Shown: positions 1 to 13,669 of the stretch, piece by piece
How the letters are laid out: each line of letters begins with the position of its first letter
Numbering within the stretch: position 1 is the first letter of the stretch
From: Octopus sinensis
Taxonomy: Eukaryota
Length of the DNA: 64,000 bases
Assembly: GCF_006345805.1 (NCBI RefSeq)
Contig: NC_043013.1
Location: forward strand, 35,216,001-35,280,000
Direction of reading: 5' to 3'
The notes under the pieces: generated by a model
The model's database searches: none
What the model was told of the DNA's origin: nothing
Seen by the model: only the letters and a program-made list of their open reading frames with translations
Position numbers and translations under genes: made by a program

Positions 1-200
1 AATTGTTTCAGTTATTGGTCTGCAGCCTGGATAAGGCACCGGCATGAAAGGTTTGGTCAAAATAAATTGACTCCAGTACTTATTTATCAATACTATTCTA
101 TAGAAAACCTTTGCTGAACAGTTAAGTTATGGGGATGTAAACAAACTAACACTGGAAGGCACATGCTCACATCTACACATACATACATACATACATACAT

Positions 201-610
201 AGAGGAGCAATGATATGTACCATAGAGGTCAGCTGCCCTGCAGATATAAATATCTCTTTGAAAATCAAAGAAAAAGAGGACATCTATGGACAACAGCTTC
301 GAAACCCCCAGCTTCTATATCTCACATTAGAAATTCATATTCATACCAATAATAATTGGAGCACTAGGTTTTGAAAGTAAATGCTTAAAGGAGAATCTGG
401 ATAAACTGAGATTTTCAGAAAGATGAAATCGACCGGCTAATTCGTACATTACAAGTGCAATCTGGGAGTGGAACGGTAAAAATATGCAAGACTTTTATTA
501 AGTTCCAAATGCAAATTTGTCTGTGTTAATTAAAGATGGAGCCTTGTATCTTTGTTGGAAACCAGCTCCCTCCACAGTGGAAGATTTACAATAATTAAGA
601 AATAGAGGAG
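201..610 (+). mobile_element. 3' relic of a REL-endonuclease non-LTR retrotransposon (R4/Dong-like), frameshifted
   Basis: Manual translation gives ICTIEVSCPADINISLKIKEKEDIYG.../FIPIIIGALG...GTVKICKTFIKF, matching the C-terminus of restriction-like endonucleases. Flanked on both sides by (CATA)n. Confidence 0.7.
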
Positions 611-612
611 AC

Positions 613-647
613 ACATACATACATACATACATACATACATACATACA

Positions 648-681
<34 letters not shown>

Positions 682-736
682 CATACATGCATACACACAA
701 ACATACATACGTACAGACTTTGTGCTAATAGTAAAA

Positions 737-831
<95 letters not shown>

Positions 832-878
832 CATTATTATTATTATTATTATTATTATCATTATTATTATTATTATTG
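613..878. repeat. Compound microsatellite: (CATA)n then (ATT)n
   Basis: Directly visible. Explains the MYVC and poly-I ORFs. Confidence 0.95.
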
Positions 879-879
879 A

Positions 880-2790
880 CTTGACTCAGGTTCGTTCTTA
901 TTCCTGGCAGAATTAAGGTGGGCAGCTGGTTATTACCTGTAACCTTTGGTATCCATAATCTTTCAAGAGTCTTTCAAGTGCTTAGAACCCTCCTGATAAT
1001 CTTCCCTGTCCCTAAGAGGCAAACTTTCTGTAGAAGCTCTACAAGACATTCTATTCCAACCTCCTTCAATCATTTGTCTATATCTTTGCTTACAGTTCCC
1101 AATGCACCAATTTTTATCAGCACAACCTTTACACTTTTCATTTTCCAAATCCTTGCTATTTCAAATTTTAAGCGATTGCATATTTTTTGTTTTCCATGTT
1201 CTTTCTTTACAATCCTAGAATTAAATGGATACAATGGATCAATTAGTAGGCAACTTCACTTTTCCTTGTATATTATTGTTATGGTTGGTCAATTATTTCC
1301 AGGTTCTTGTCTATTTGATAAGAAAAGTCTCACAGAATCTTACAATTCTTTGACTCCAGCATTCTTTCAACCCAATGTTCATACCATGCCTCCCCATTTC
1401 TGACAAAGCTTCCAATGTAAAACTTTTACTACTTGGTCATGCCTCCATTTCTTATATTCTTCATGTGGCAACTAGGGAAATTCTGCAACAATGTATGCCA
1501 CTGTCTCATTCTTAGTTCCACACACTCTACCCTTTTTTGACACATTCTCCCCATATACATTTCCCCCTCATGTTGCTTGTTTTTATTGCTTGATCCTGGG
1601 CTGCTACAATGAAGTTCCATGTTTCTCTTAATTGCCTTTTTTTTTTCATCAAGCCCAGGATTTTGTTCCACAAACATCTTCAGTGGCTCTCCAAAACTGA
1701 CCATGCAGAAGTTTCTCTTCAATTTGTCTAACGTGCTCTCTTTGTATTTCATTCTTGTCCTTTTTCTCATATTCAATATTTGATCACCTGTTCCTTACTC
1801 ACCATCTTTAACAGTTTCCCTGTGCTGTTCTGTAAATAGGCTTTTTCTTACCATCTGTACGCACTCTTCCACAGAAATTAAGCCTCTTCCAATCTAGTCT
1901 CTCTTCAGGTACAATCAGTTGATTTCAGCTTTGAGCGGGTGGGCTCCATACATTGTCAAAAGCTTTCTAGTTTACCTGTCAAGCTTCTGTATGTCGTTTT
2001 TGGTCTAGTCTATGATTCCAACTCCATATCTAATTCTGGGTACTGCTCATGCATTTATTGCTCCAATAATATTTCTTTCGCCTTCAGCTTTCACTGCAAT
2101 AATCTCCTCAGCCTCCTTCTATACTCTCTACTCTCTTTACTCTTTACTCTTTTACTTGTTTCAGTCATTTGACTGCAGCCATGCTGGAGCACTGCCTTTA
2201 GTCGAGCAAATCGACCCCGGGACTTATTCTTTGTAAGCCTAGTACTTATTCTATCGGTCTCTTTTGCCAAACCGCTAAGTTACGGAGACATAAACACACC
2301 AGCATCGGTTGTCAAGCGATGTTGGGGGACAAACACAGACACACAAACACATACACACACACACATATATATACATATATACATATATACGACGGGCTTC
2401 TTTCAGTTTCCGTCTACCAAATCCACTCACAAGACATTGGTCGGCCCGGGGCTATAGCAGAAGACACTTGCCCAAGATGCTACGCAGTGGGACTGAACCC
2501 GGAACCATGTGGCTGGTAAGCAAGATACTTACCACACAGCCACTCCTGCGCCTGGTAATTTGCTTAATTTTTTCACGTTTAATTTCATCTGCTTCCAGTA
2601 TCCCCAAATACCTACACTGCTGACCTTTCTCAACCACTTTCACTGTTTGCCCATTAGGCACTTTAACTCTCTGGTTTCCTTCAAATCTTCCCCAATTCAT
2701 TTTAAAAAAAAGCACACTTTTTGACCCCAAATTCCATACCTACATCATTTGAGAAAATGTGAAAAGTATGTATGAGATTTTCAAGCAGTT
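880..2790 (-). mobile_element. Degenerate R4/Dong-clade non-LTR retrotransposon (RT C-terminus to REL endonuclease), interrupted by a SINE at 2121-2552
   Basis: Minus strand reads CRYLGILEADEIKREKIKQIT [SINE] RRRLRRLLQ...GAINA*AVPRIRYGVGIID*TKNDIQKLDR*TRKLLTMYGAHP...LYLKR..GRGLISVEEC, typical of R4-clade RT thumb. Many stops. The 3' end abuts (TAA)n. Confidence 0.85.
2121..2552 (-). mobile_element. Full-length tRNA-headed SINE, family A
   Basis: Head GGCGCAGGAG with A-box-like TGGCTGTGTGG and B-box-like GGTTCAGTCC; internal (TA)/(TG) tract; GAGTAAA-type tail. Near-identical copies at 23118, 26076, 36397 and 63325. Confidence 0.9.
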
Positions 2791-3009
2791 TCTCATTCTT
2801 CACATAATTGTTGTTGTTGTTGTTATTGTTGTTGTTATCAACTAGTAATTGTATTTTAGTTCCTTAACAAATAGAATTAGATTATATTTTGTCATTCCTA
2901 GCTTATTAGCTGATTACCATTCCCAAAACTACTGTTACCCCAACCTCAGTTCCCAACACCAATAACAGCACATCAACAGTATACAAGAAAAATCTGTTAC
3001 TTTTATGAT

Positions 3010-3145
3010 TTTATTTATACATATATATATATATATACATACATAAACAAACACACATATATACATATACATACATACATATATATGTGTGTGTGTGTGT
3101 GTGTATGTGTGTATGTATATCTGTATGTGCATGTATGTATGTATG

Positions 3146-3187
<42 letters not shown>

Positions 3188-3731
3188 TATATACATATAT
3201 ATGTACATATATATAAATAAATACATATACCTATACATATATGTTCCAACAGACACATGCATGCACATATATATCTATATGCACATATTTCTATATATAT
3301 ATGTTTCTGTATACATATATATATATATATATATATACGTTTGCCTGAATATGTGTGCATGTATGTTTGTGTATGCGCATGTGTGTGTTTGTGTGTGTGT
3401 GTGTGTGCATGTGTGTGCATATGTATGTATAAATATACGTCTTTGGAGTTAGACATCACTTTAAACTCCACTATGCAAAGAACGTCAAGTGAGAAACTAT
3501 AAAAACATAATAATCTACATCAATAAAATAGGTATGACGGCTATCAAACACCAATTTTCTAAATACAGTATCACAGAATAGGTTTTTCTATGTAACAGAA
3601 AACAAACTTCAAATTGCATATGATTCAATTAAAAACTATTTTGCTTTATACTACTCACACGCACAAAATCATATATATATATTTAAAGAAGCATATGTAT
3701 AAATATATATGTAAATAGTAAACATATATAC

Positions 3732-3777
<46 letters not shown>

Positions 3778-4150
3778 ATATGTATATATATATATACACT
3801 AAATAAATAAATATATATATATATATATACATATGCACACATATATGCAGGTATATTTGTATGTATATATATATATATATAAGTATATATATATAAGAAT
3901 TTATGTATATATAGGTATGTATGTAATTATCTGTCTATCTATCTATCTTTATATGTGTGTATGTGTGTAGGTATGTATGTCCATGTATGTATGTATCTAT
4001 GTATGTATGTATTTGTGTGTGTATATATATATATATTTATATATATATTTTTTTGCATATATATATATAGACATGTATGTAGGTATGTATATATAGATGT
4101 ATGCATATGTATATGTATACATATTTATATATTTATAGAATATACATATG

Positions 4151-4184
<34 letters not shown>

Positions 4185-4290
4185 TATATATACATTTATA
4201 TATATAAATGCTTATGTATCATTATTGTTATTATTCCTATTGTTGCCCATAAACATCATCATGATCATCATCATTATCATCATCATCATC
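3010..4290. repeat. (TA)n/(TG)n/(TATG)n microsatellite field
   Basis: Directly visible low-complexity dinucleotide and tetranucleotide arrays. Confidence 0.9.
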
Positions 4291-4714
4291 AACATCACAG
4301 CAGCTGCAGATATAGTATCGTTATTGTTGCTGTTGTTTTGCTTTGTTTACTGTCTAGTTTTCTGTTTTTGAGATGTGAGTTAAACCATCATATCTGCCAT
4401 ATTCAATTTTATGTTATTTATGATGTGTTTATTGAGTTTTTGATGTGCTTTCGCCAACCCTGTTTCCCGCTCTACGCCATCTCACTACACTGTCAATGCA
4501 CTAAGCCACTCTACTCTTTCACTTACTCTATATTACACCACATCACACTGTCACTGCACCATACTACATAAACCAAGCCACACCACACTAGGCCCATACT
4601 ATGCCAAAACCATACTCTAATGTGCCATACTGCTAGGTCTTGTTCTGTATGTGTTCTGGTCTGTTTATGTGGAAACAAAAATCTGTGTAGCAAAAATTGA
4701 TCTTATCTTGCAGT

Positions 4715-5239
4715 AAAATAGAGAGAGAGAGAGAGAGAGTGAGAGAGAGAATGAGAGCGAAAATGAGAGATAGAAAGAACGAAAGTGAAAGTGACTGAGA
4801 GAAAGAGAGAGAGAGAGAGAGAGAAGAGAGAGAGAGATGAAAGATGAAGAAATACAACAACAGACACTTGATATTATAAAGGTATAAAGAGAATTGATAA
4901 GAGAGTGGGGAGAGGAAAGAAAAATAAGGGAAAAATGTGTGTAAAAAGAGAAAGAGAGAGTGAGAGGGAGGGAAAATGAAAGAAAGATGTAAGTAAATAA
5001 AGAGTGAAAGTGGAGAGAAGAAAAAGAACAGTACCATCGTTAATTGAAGGAAATCTGGAAGGTGATAGTGAAGAATGGCGAATGAGAAAAAGTGAAGGAA
5101 GGATAAGAGTGTTGGTGAGAAAGTTCAGTGAATGAGAGAATAGAGATGAAGAAATTGAATGTAAGAAAACAAAGGGGAAAGAAGAAAAAAAAGGAAAGGT
5201 AAGAGTGAGTGAAACAGATTGAGGAGTATGTGTGTGTGT

Positions 5240-5278
<39 letters not shown>

Positions 5279-5540
5279 ACACAGAGACAGAGAAAATTGG
5301 AGAAGAGAGAGAATGAAAGGTTTGGTAAAAGAATGGGAAGGAAAAAGATTGTGGGTGGAAGAAATGGCAACGAGGGAGAAGAGAAAGTGTTACAGAGGGA
5401 AGGGTGTGGGTTGACAGTGTCAGCAAACAAGAAAGAGATAGCTGGAGAGAGAAAGAGAGTAACAGAGACAAAAATAAAGATAGATAGAGAGAGAAGAGAG
5501 AGAGATGAGGAGAGGGGCACAAGGGGTGGAGGGGAGGCAT
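4715..5540. repeat. Polypurine (GA-rich) low-complexity tract
   Basis: About 800 bp that is strongly A/G-rich on + strand, with (GA)n runs. Confidence 0.85.
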
Positions 5541-5833
5541 GCAAAAAGCTAGTAGTCTTCATTAAGAGTAAATTTAATTATTTCTATTGAGACTACACTG
5601 ACAGTCTAAAGTTGAGTAACAGCTGGACTAATTTGTTTATCTTTACAACTTAAAATTAAGTTTAGCATCTCAGCTCAACAAGCGTAATTCGATTTCATTG
5701 CGCCAAAGACAGTAACACAAAGTTCTATTAACCAGTTTAAACAATCAGCAGCAGACAGTGAGATTCCAAACCCATCAATTTGTTCTTGGAAAATGGTGGA
5801 GAGGGAAATTTTATACTCTTCAGATTAACTATG

Positions 5834-5879
<46 letters not shown>

Positions 5880-6627
5880 AATAATATAATGACAATGATA
5901 ATAATAATGAAAGCAGAACAGTATTTTATTTTATTTTATAATATTGTAAAAAATACAAAAAATAAAAGATTCTTTGCAAAACAGTTATGTCAAAAACCTT
6001 GTCAGTGGAATTACTTGATTGACGAAAACATTAAAGACAGGAGTTTAAAATTAAAAGAAACAAATAAAAGAAAAGAAGAAAGCAAAATAGAAATAAAACA
6101 GAGGAGAGATGAAATGAGAGGAACAAAGAAAGTTAGAAATAGAGAGGTATCACACACACACACACACACACATTTTATATGTATATATAATTATTTATTA
6201 TATACATAAAAAACATCGATGAAACATACATATAAGATATATACATATGTAATATATAAGTATATATATACATGTATATATATACGTAAATATACACATA
6301 TGTATGTATATACAAGTGTATATGAATATATATATTGCATATATATATTATGAATATATATATGTGGTTGTGCATGTATGTGTGTATGTGTATGTTTTGT
6401 GTGTGTGTGTGTGTTTTTATAGATAAAAACAGGTATATATATAAATGCAATAAAAACCGTAATAGAAGAATAATTAAATATATTAAGCTAAAAATAAAAA
6501 AAAAGAAAAACAAGTTCATAGGAGTGAATTAAACAAAGGTGTAGGAATATTTTCAGGTAGTAAATTGAAAAAGAAAGAGAAGCAAAGTAACAGAGAGTAA
6601 AATAATTTTTTAATAATGATGATGATG

Positions 6628-6690
<63 letters not shown>

Positions 6691-7139
6691 GTAATAATAA
6701 TAATAATATTAACAATAACAATAATAATAATAATAAAATTATGAAATAATCTGAACTGAATAAAAATTATGACACAAAATGAAAGGAAAGGGGTATCATG
6801 AAAAATATAATGAACAAAAAACGCCTTGCAAAAACAAAGACTGTTTTTTTGTGAATTATGTTCGTGTTGATAAAGTTATTGTAGACCTTTACCACTTCAT
6901 TGCAATTCACAACAAAGTACAACCGAAAATAAAGTATGGCGTTTAAGACTCATTAACATTTTTGACTAAATAAACGCAATTTTAATGTTCATGAGGTTCT
7001 TTGTTTTTTTTTATATTATTTCTGTTGCCTCTCTAACATTCTTTCTTGCATAGAAATTATTTGAAATATATTGTTATAGACATGTCTCCTTCTTTTCAGT
7101 CTCTTTCTCTGTATGTATGGATATGTATCAATATATATA

Positions 7140-7204
<65 letters not shown>

Positions 7205-7281
7205 ACATATGGTGTAATATATGGATTCATAGAACCGTTTTGCTATCATAGGTAGCTCTTCTATTGGACCCAGCTAATAGA

Positions 7282-7319
<38 letters not shown>

Positions 7320-7330
7320 ACACACACAAA

Positions 7331-7560
7331 TCATCATCATCATCATCATCGTTTAACGTCTGCTTTCCATGCTAGCATGGATTGGACGATTTGACTGAGG
7401 AATGGCGAGCTAGATGACTGCACCAGGCTCCAATCTTGATCTGGCAGGATTTCTACAGCTGGATGCCCTTCCTAATGCCAACCACTCCAAGAGTGTAGCG
7501 GGTGCTTTTACATGCCACCGGCATGAGGACCAGTCAAGCAGTACTGGCAATGGCCACACT
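7331..7560 (-). mobile_element. SINE-like repeat, family B ((GAT)n tail)
   Basis: Diverged reverse complement of the GGCGTTAGGAAGGGCATCCAGC...CCCATGCTAGCATGGAAA..GACGTTAAACGATGATG unit, also seen at 20518, 43428 and 47836. Confidence 0.85.
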
Positions 7561-7904
7561 CAAATAGCGTTATTTACTTGCCACCTGCACAGGGGCCAGT
7601 CCAGCGGCACTAGAGGGAATGACAAGGAACTGAGACTCTCGGCAGTTTGGCTGTACTTGAAAAAGACATTCCAAGCTTTAGTAAAAGCATGGTTTCCTTT
7701 GCATACAGGCTCGTTCCTTGCTTCCCCCTCCAGCTGTGCATCCTCAATCTTGTGAGCCCATAGGTGCTGGTGCCATGTAAAAAGCATTTATGCCAGTGCT
7801 GCGTAAAAGCACCCAGTACACTATGTAAAGTGGCTGGCATTAGGAAGGGCATCCAGCCATAAAAACCATGCCAAAATAGACATGGAGCCTGAATAGTCCT
7901 TCAG

Positions 7905-8085
7905 CTTGACAACCGATGCTGGTGTGTTTACCTCCTTCGTCACTTAGTGGTTTGGCAAGAGAGACTGATAGAATAAGTACTAGGCTTACAAAGAATAAGT
8001 GCTGGGGTCGACTTGCTCGACTGAAGGTGATGCTCCAGTATGGCCGCAGCCAAATGACTGAAGCAAATAACAGAATAACAGAATA
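7905..8085 (+). mobile_element. 3' half of SINE family A
   Basis: GCTTGACAACCGATGCTGGTGTG...AAATGACTGAAGCAAATAA matches the family A 3' half. Confidence 0.85.
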
Positions 8086-8239
8086 CTCAATTTGGCTCAC
8101 AGTTGTTTCTGGTAGTCATTATAGGTTTGTTGTTGATTGGTTTCTTCAGTCAGCCTATTGATCATTTGAGAAAAATTGAACACTCGAGAGAATTAATGCT
8201 ACTTTCGTCAGAGTCATTTCTGATTATAACCAAGCAAGA

Positions 8240-8580
8240 TACTGAAAGAATGATACATGCATTGAAGAACAGAGTCTATGAATGTGCAGTAGTAACTCAA
8301 AATAAAACTTACTGTTACAGAGAATGTTGTGCAACAACCTTTAAGCTTCACTCTTCATTCAAACACAAAAATAAGGAAAAGGCAACATCACTTAGCAAGC
8401 TTATATGGCAACCTAAGAACAACAAAACAAATCAGGAATCAAAATGGTCAAACAAACCATATGAAATAGGATGAAGGAAATGTAAACTGTGCCTAGAGGA
8501 GCCATTCTAAATACTTGCATCAGAAACTAACCTAATTAACCATAGACAAGAATTAGAAAATGCTGTATGCATTTCTATAA
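8240..8580 (+). mobile_element. Penelope-like element GIY-YIG endonuclease relic
   Basis: RVYECAVVTQNKTYCY...FKLHSSFKHKNKEKATSLSKLIWQ...KWSNKPYEIG*RKCKLCLEE...NLINHRQEL matches the PLE pattern VY.C...F...T.LSK.IW....W...PY...C.LCL.E...LN.R.EL. Confidence 0.8.
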
Positions 8581-8696
8581 TAAATCGTTCAGTAGGTTCC
8601 CTAGATAGCTTTAATAATGCTATAGTGAGTGACAATGGTCAAAGACAGGCATGATGCCTTAGGGATAAATGCAAGTTATCTTACATAATTTATTAT

Positions 8697-8736
<40 letters not shown>

Positions 8737-9719
8737 TAGTTCTTTTAAATTTTTGAATTTTAAAAATCTAATTTTTTAATTTTGATTTTTTTTTACTTTT
8801 TGAGATTTTGGATGTCTTAATTTTTAATCCTTAATTTTTTAATGTCTTAATCTTTTTAAAATTATTTTAATTAAATTTGCTGGGTTTGCTGGGTGCACCG
8901 ATATTACTGGCATAGAACCCACCTTTATTTTAACCAATTGGCTTGCGGTTTACATGTAACGGTTTTATGAGTGAGTAAACTTAGTTGGTTGTCATCTTTT
9001 ATATTTCAACTGGTGGGAGTTTTCTGTAATTTGTTTATATTCATGTTAACAATATTTTTAAACCTACATCGTTAACTGGTTGTAATATTGTTTGTATATT
9101 ATTGACATATAAATTTAGAAACTTTTGATAGGACCTGACTGAGCAGAAGTCTGCACTAAGCTTCAGAATCTGTTTTGGCATGGTTTTCACAGCTAGATGT
9201 CCTTCCTTACACCGACCACTTCTCTCACACAAACGTATGTGAACATGTATGTGTGTTATAATTCCATATATGTATATCTATAAATTGTATGACATAAAAC
9301 CGAAATGTAAATCTTCACATGAATCTTTATAGATCAACAAGCAGTTGTAAATGGAATGTATGTATTTATTCAAGGATTCTCTCTATCATTTACATAGATT
9401 GCAGGGTGCACATTGGTGGCTCAGAAATCTTTTAATGACCTCATATGTCACAGTAATGATTAAGACTGAAACATGTAATCCATGCCTGGTATATTTTGTA
9501 GGCATTCACTACATCAGAGAACAATAGAAGTCTATATGAAACACTGATGAAGTGAAAGCTTAGAAAATATGTTCTGGATAACGTAATTTGGTCAGAATCT
9601 TGACTGAAACACATGAACGAGGATATAATTAATAATTTTAGAGGTAACACTCCAGTTTTGTTTTTTCCTATACATGTAATTGCAATTTTCTATGTGTGTA
9701 TATATATATATGTGTGTGT

Positions 9720-9753
<34 letters not shown>

Positions 9754-9985
9754 TGTGTTTGTGTGTTTGTGTGTGTATGTATTTATACACACACACATAG
9801 CCACAGTCAAATGGCTGAAACAAGTGAAAGTATGAAAAAAAAAGAATATATATATATATACATATGTACATACATATATACATATATGTATACAGCTATA
9901 TATATACATATATACACACATATATATGTATATATGCATATATATATATGTATGTGTGTGTATATATATATATATGAATATATAC

Positions 9986-10064
<79 letters not shown>

Positions 10065-10082
10065 ATACTTACATATGCCTAT

Positions 10083-10170
10083 ATGACCCTGATGAAGCTG
10101 CACTGATAATATTGCAAGGTAGCATTTGCCATAGTAAGTTGTCACTGCTGTGAAAACATGTGTAGGTCAT
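10083..10170 (+). ncRNA. Type I hammerhead ribozyme motif with long stem II
   Basis: Stem I ATGACC/GGTCAT; core CTGATGA+A; 14-position stem II GCTGCACTGATAAT/GTTGTCACTGCTGT (2 mismatches, 3 GU); then GAAAAC-ATGT-GTA. One more A than canonical GAAAC. Confidence 0.65.
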
Positions 10171-10251
10171 TATAATATGCTGCATATAATTATAAATAAT
10201 TGTTATGGATGTACAAGTATCCATACTCTTACTTATTACTGTTAATATGAA

Positions 10252-10328
<77 letters not shown>

Positions 10329-10499
10329 TAATATATATATATATATGTGGGGGCATATACATGTACATATCTATATGTGTGTGTGAGTGTGTGTGTATGT
10401 GTGTGTGCATGTGTGTCTGTATATGAATATGCATACAGCTCTGATTTTGCTCTCAGTACTAGAGGAAGTTTTAGAAGCATATTTTCTGTTATTGCCTTC

Positions 10500-11070
10500 C
10501 TTTGATTTATGATTATCATTCGTTTTTAACCTCGTTATTGGTTTGGTTGTCAGGAGAGTTTCTCCAATTTATGGGTACACACCTTTTATCTTTTACTTGC
10601 TGCGGGCATTGTTCTATGGCCAGCTGTGCCATCCTAATGATAGCTTCTATGATCATTAATAATATCAGGGAGATTAGTTTTTAATCCCTATGTAGTTTTG
10701 TTTTTATTTAGATAATGACTAGAAGGATGGTAGAATTTCTTGCTACATTCTTTAGTTTTTGGGTAGTGCCAAATATTTTCAGTTCAGTTTCTTATATATC
10801 AGAAGGAATATATGTAATTTAGTACTGAATCCATTTCTTTTTAGAGATTTTCAATATTCAGTACGACCATTATCTATTTGTTCATTAGCCAACAATTTAG
10901 AAATCCTAAATGAAATATTCCTAATAAGATTATCGATAATAGACAGAGGATGATTAGATTGCTTGTGTATGTAATGTAAGCTTTTGTTTGGTTTATGATA
11001 ACATTAGTGTAAGTTGCTATTTACATTGAGAGTAACATAAGAAAATTTAACTTTTTGATATAAGAATTGA
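10500..11070 (-). mobile_element. Penelope-like element RT thumb/linker relic
   Basis: Minus strand reads KVKFSYVTLNVNSNLH*CYHKPNKSLHYIHKQSNHPLSIIDNLIRNISFRISKLLANEQ...KSLKRNGF. This matches the PLE motif FLDVTL...Y.KPN...YIH..SNHP..I...I..R.S.L. Stops present. Confidence 0.8.
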
Positions 11071-11684
11071 AAATATTTAGTATTAATATAGAAACAAAAG
11101 GAAAATCCAACTTATTTAAAATTAATATAAAAGTGGAGGTGAACAACAAGAATGAGAACGAGGGTGAGGAAGATGAGGAAGATGAGGAGGACAATAGTAT
11201 AAATAAATTGAAGAATAATGAAAGTGAATGGCTACAGTTCGTTTTTTTTCAAAATTACCTGAAGATTTCCAGGAAAAGGGATGTTAGTATTGTGTTCCAT
11301 AAACCCATTGGCTACAGAGACACCTCTAAAGAACTTGTGTTTCAGGCTGTGCATAGTGGAATGGTCAGTCATCGCCTTCTCCAAGCTATATTCAATGACC
11401 TTTCTTTTTCTCTTTTATAGTTCTGCCACTACATTGCAACAATGAATTTTTGGTACTCATTTGTTGTAAGTTGTGCCTGTGACACAAACAGCACCAAGTG
11501 ACAGGATACAAACTATTGCTTTCTTGGTGTTGAATTTTTTATTAACTAAGACATTTATTACTCTCTTATGCAAGCATGGTTTAATGAAATATCTCACTGA
11601 ACAAACACATCATATTACCTTGTGTCATTAAAAAAGAAAAGAAAAACACTTTATTCTTCTTTCCATTTAGTTTTAATTCCTTAC

Positions 11685-11850
11685 ATGAGAAATTTTGTTT
11701 ATTATTAGCACTGATGTTTTGCTGAAAATTGATATTTTTGATTAGCTTTTCTATATTCCTAGCAATGATGTCTAATAAATTCATCTTTATACTTTTTTCT
11801 TTTACTAGCGTTAGGCCTCATAGCATAAAAAAGACAATCTTTCTTTTATG
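11685..11850 (-). other. Candidate spliced exon (166 nt) with ATG at 11784 (MNLLDIIARNIEKLIKNINFQQNISANNKQNFS)
   Basis: Acceptor TTCTAATGTCTTCACATTGCAG| with a branch-like CTAAT, and donor CAT|GTAAGG. No recognisable homology. Confidence 0.25.
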
Positions 11851-12016
11851 CTGCAATGTGAAGACATTAGAAGAGAGAGGTATCACCCATCTCATCCCAT
11901 GATTGCACATCTAATGATAACTATATTAAAAGCTAGAAAATTAGCTGTTAATGCAGATATGATCAGAATGTACCCATTAGATGAAAAACTAGCAACATCC
12001 TGTTATTCTCACCCAA

Positions 12017-12067
<51 letters not shown>

Positions 12068-12439
12068 TTTACTTGAAACGTGTATTTGCAATTATTTGGA
12101 ATTAACAACAAAGTTTTAAGAATTTCATTTCTAAGAGGTTTAGCTTCATAACTTCACTAAATAAAGACGTTAGAAAAATAATACTAAAATTAATAAAACC
12201 ATCAGTGACAGAAAATTTATAAAAATCAAAATTTGTTCAATTTTTGAAGCATTATTTTTTTTTTTAAACTGTTTCTATTGCCATTGTTTTTGTCATGGTT
12301 CCTGCAATATTTGTTGTTAGCAATTTTTTGTGCCAATATTTTCCCAACAGCCATAGCTGTGTGGTTAAGAAGTTTGCTTCCAAGCCGTTTGATCTGGGGT
12401 TCAATCTCCTTGTGTAGTCAACCAAATTATATATGTATC

Positions 12440-12745
12440 ATTTACTTTTTCTTTGTTTCAGTCATTAGATTGTAGCCATGCTGGAGCACCACCTTGAAGG
12501 GATGCAAATACAACAACACTGGTTGGGAAGTTGTGATAAGGGAGGGGGTAACAGACATAACACACACACACCACACTCATATACTGCAGTCTTCTTTCAG
12601 TTTCTATCTACCAACTCTACCCACAAGGATTCGGTTGACCCAAGGCTATAGTAGAAGATGCCAAGGTGCCACACAATGGGACTGAATACATAACCATGTG
12701 GTTGTGTGATAACCACTTCTTACCACACATCTATGCCTGCACCTA
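12440..12745 (-). mobile_element. Diverged SINE family A copy
   Basis: TTGTTTCAGTCATTAGATTGTAGCCATGCTGGAGCACC...CAAGGTGCCACACAATGGGACTGAA...CTTACCACAC. Confidence 0.75.
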
Positions 12746-12798
12746 TATATTCACATATATATATATAATATATTATATATATATAATTATATATATAT

Positions 12799-12843
<45 letters not shown>

Positions 12844-12847
12844 CATA

Positions 12848-12895
<48 letters not shown>

Positions 12896-12948
12896 ATATA
12901 TATATATATATATAATATTACATACATATATATGTGTGTATATATATA

Positions 12949-12983
<35 letters not shown>

Positions 12984-12994
12984 GATAATGATCA

Positions 12995-13135
12995 CAATCA
13001 TCAAACATCCGATCTCCATGCTGGCGTGGGTTAGACGGTTTGACTGGAACTAGAAAGCTGGAGAGTGGCACCAGGTTCCAGTTTGATTTGGCATGGTTTC
13101 TATGGCTGGACGCCCTTCATAACGTCAACCACTTC
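12995..13135 (-). mobile_element. SINE-like family B fragment
   Basis: CTCCATGCTGGCGTGGGTTAGACGG...GGCTGGACGCCCTTCATAACGTCAACCAC. Confidence 0.75.
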
Positions 13136-13669
13136 AAAAGTATATACATATATCTATATGTATATATATAGATATAATATGTGTGTGTGTATGTGTATTG
13201 ATGTGTAGATGCATGTATATGTATGTATGCACAAGTATGCACATGTTTACTTGTATGTACCCTTGTTATGATATAATGTAATGGCTGAAAATGAGCATCA
13301 CCACCATACATGCAGTGTTGTTTATTTCCAGTCTTCTGTATGAAATATGTCTTGCCATGGATCAACTATTACCTTGCTCAGACACAGGTGAAGGTTGTTG
13401 ATATGAAAGATATCCAACCTCTATAAATTCCACATGACCCCATGCAAGCACAGAAAACTGGACATTAAATGATGGTGATGATATGCACAGCAACAGTCAT
13501 GTTGAGTGATAGTAGTGATGGTATGAGAAATACAATTGCTTTTGTTTATTTCTATCAGTTTTGCAGAATAAACATGTATCGAATACCAAATTATAACAAT
13601 CTTAATGCATTACATAGTTAAGTGTGGACTAACATTAATTTCTGGAATCATAAAGTTATTATAATATTC

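Noticed and set aside
2309-2623. Recurrent peptides YDGLLSVSVYQIHSQG / GTEPGTMWLVSK at many loci
   Set aside because: Translations of SINE family A, not a gene family.
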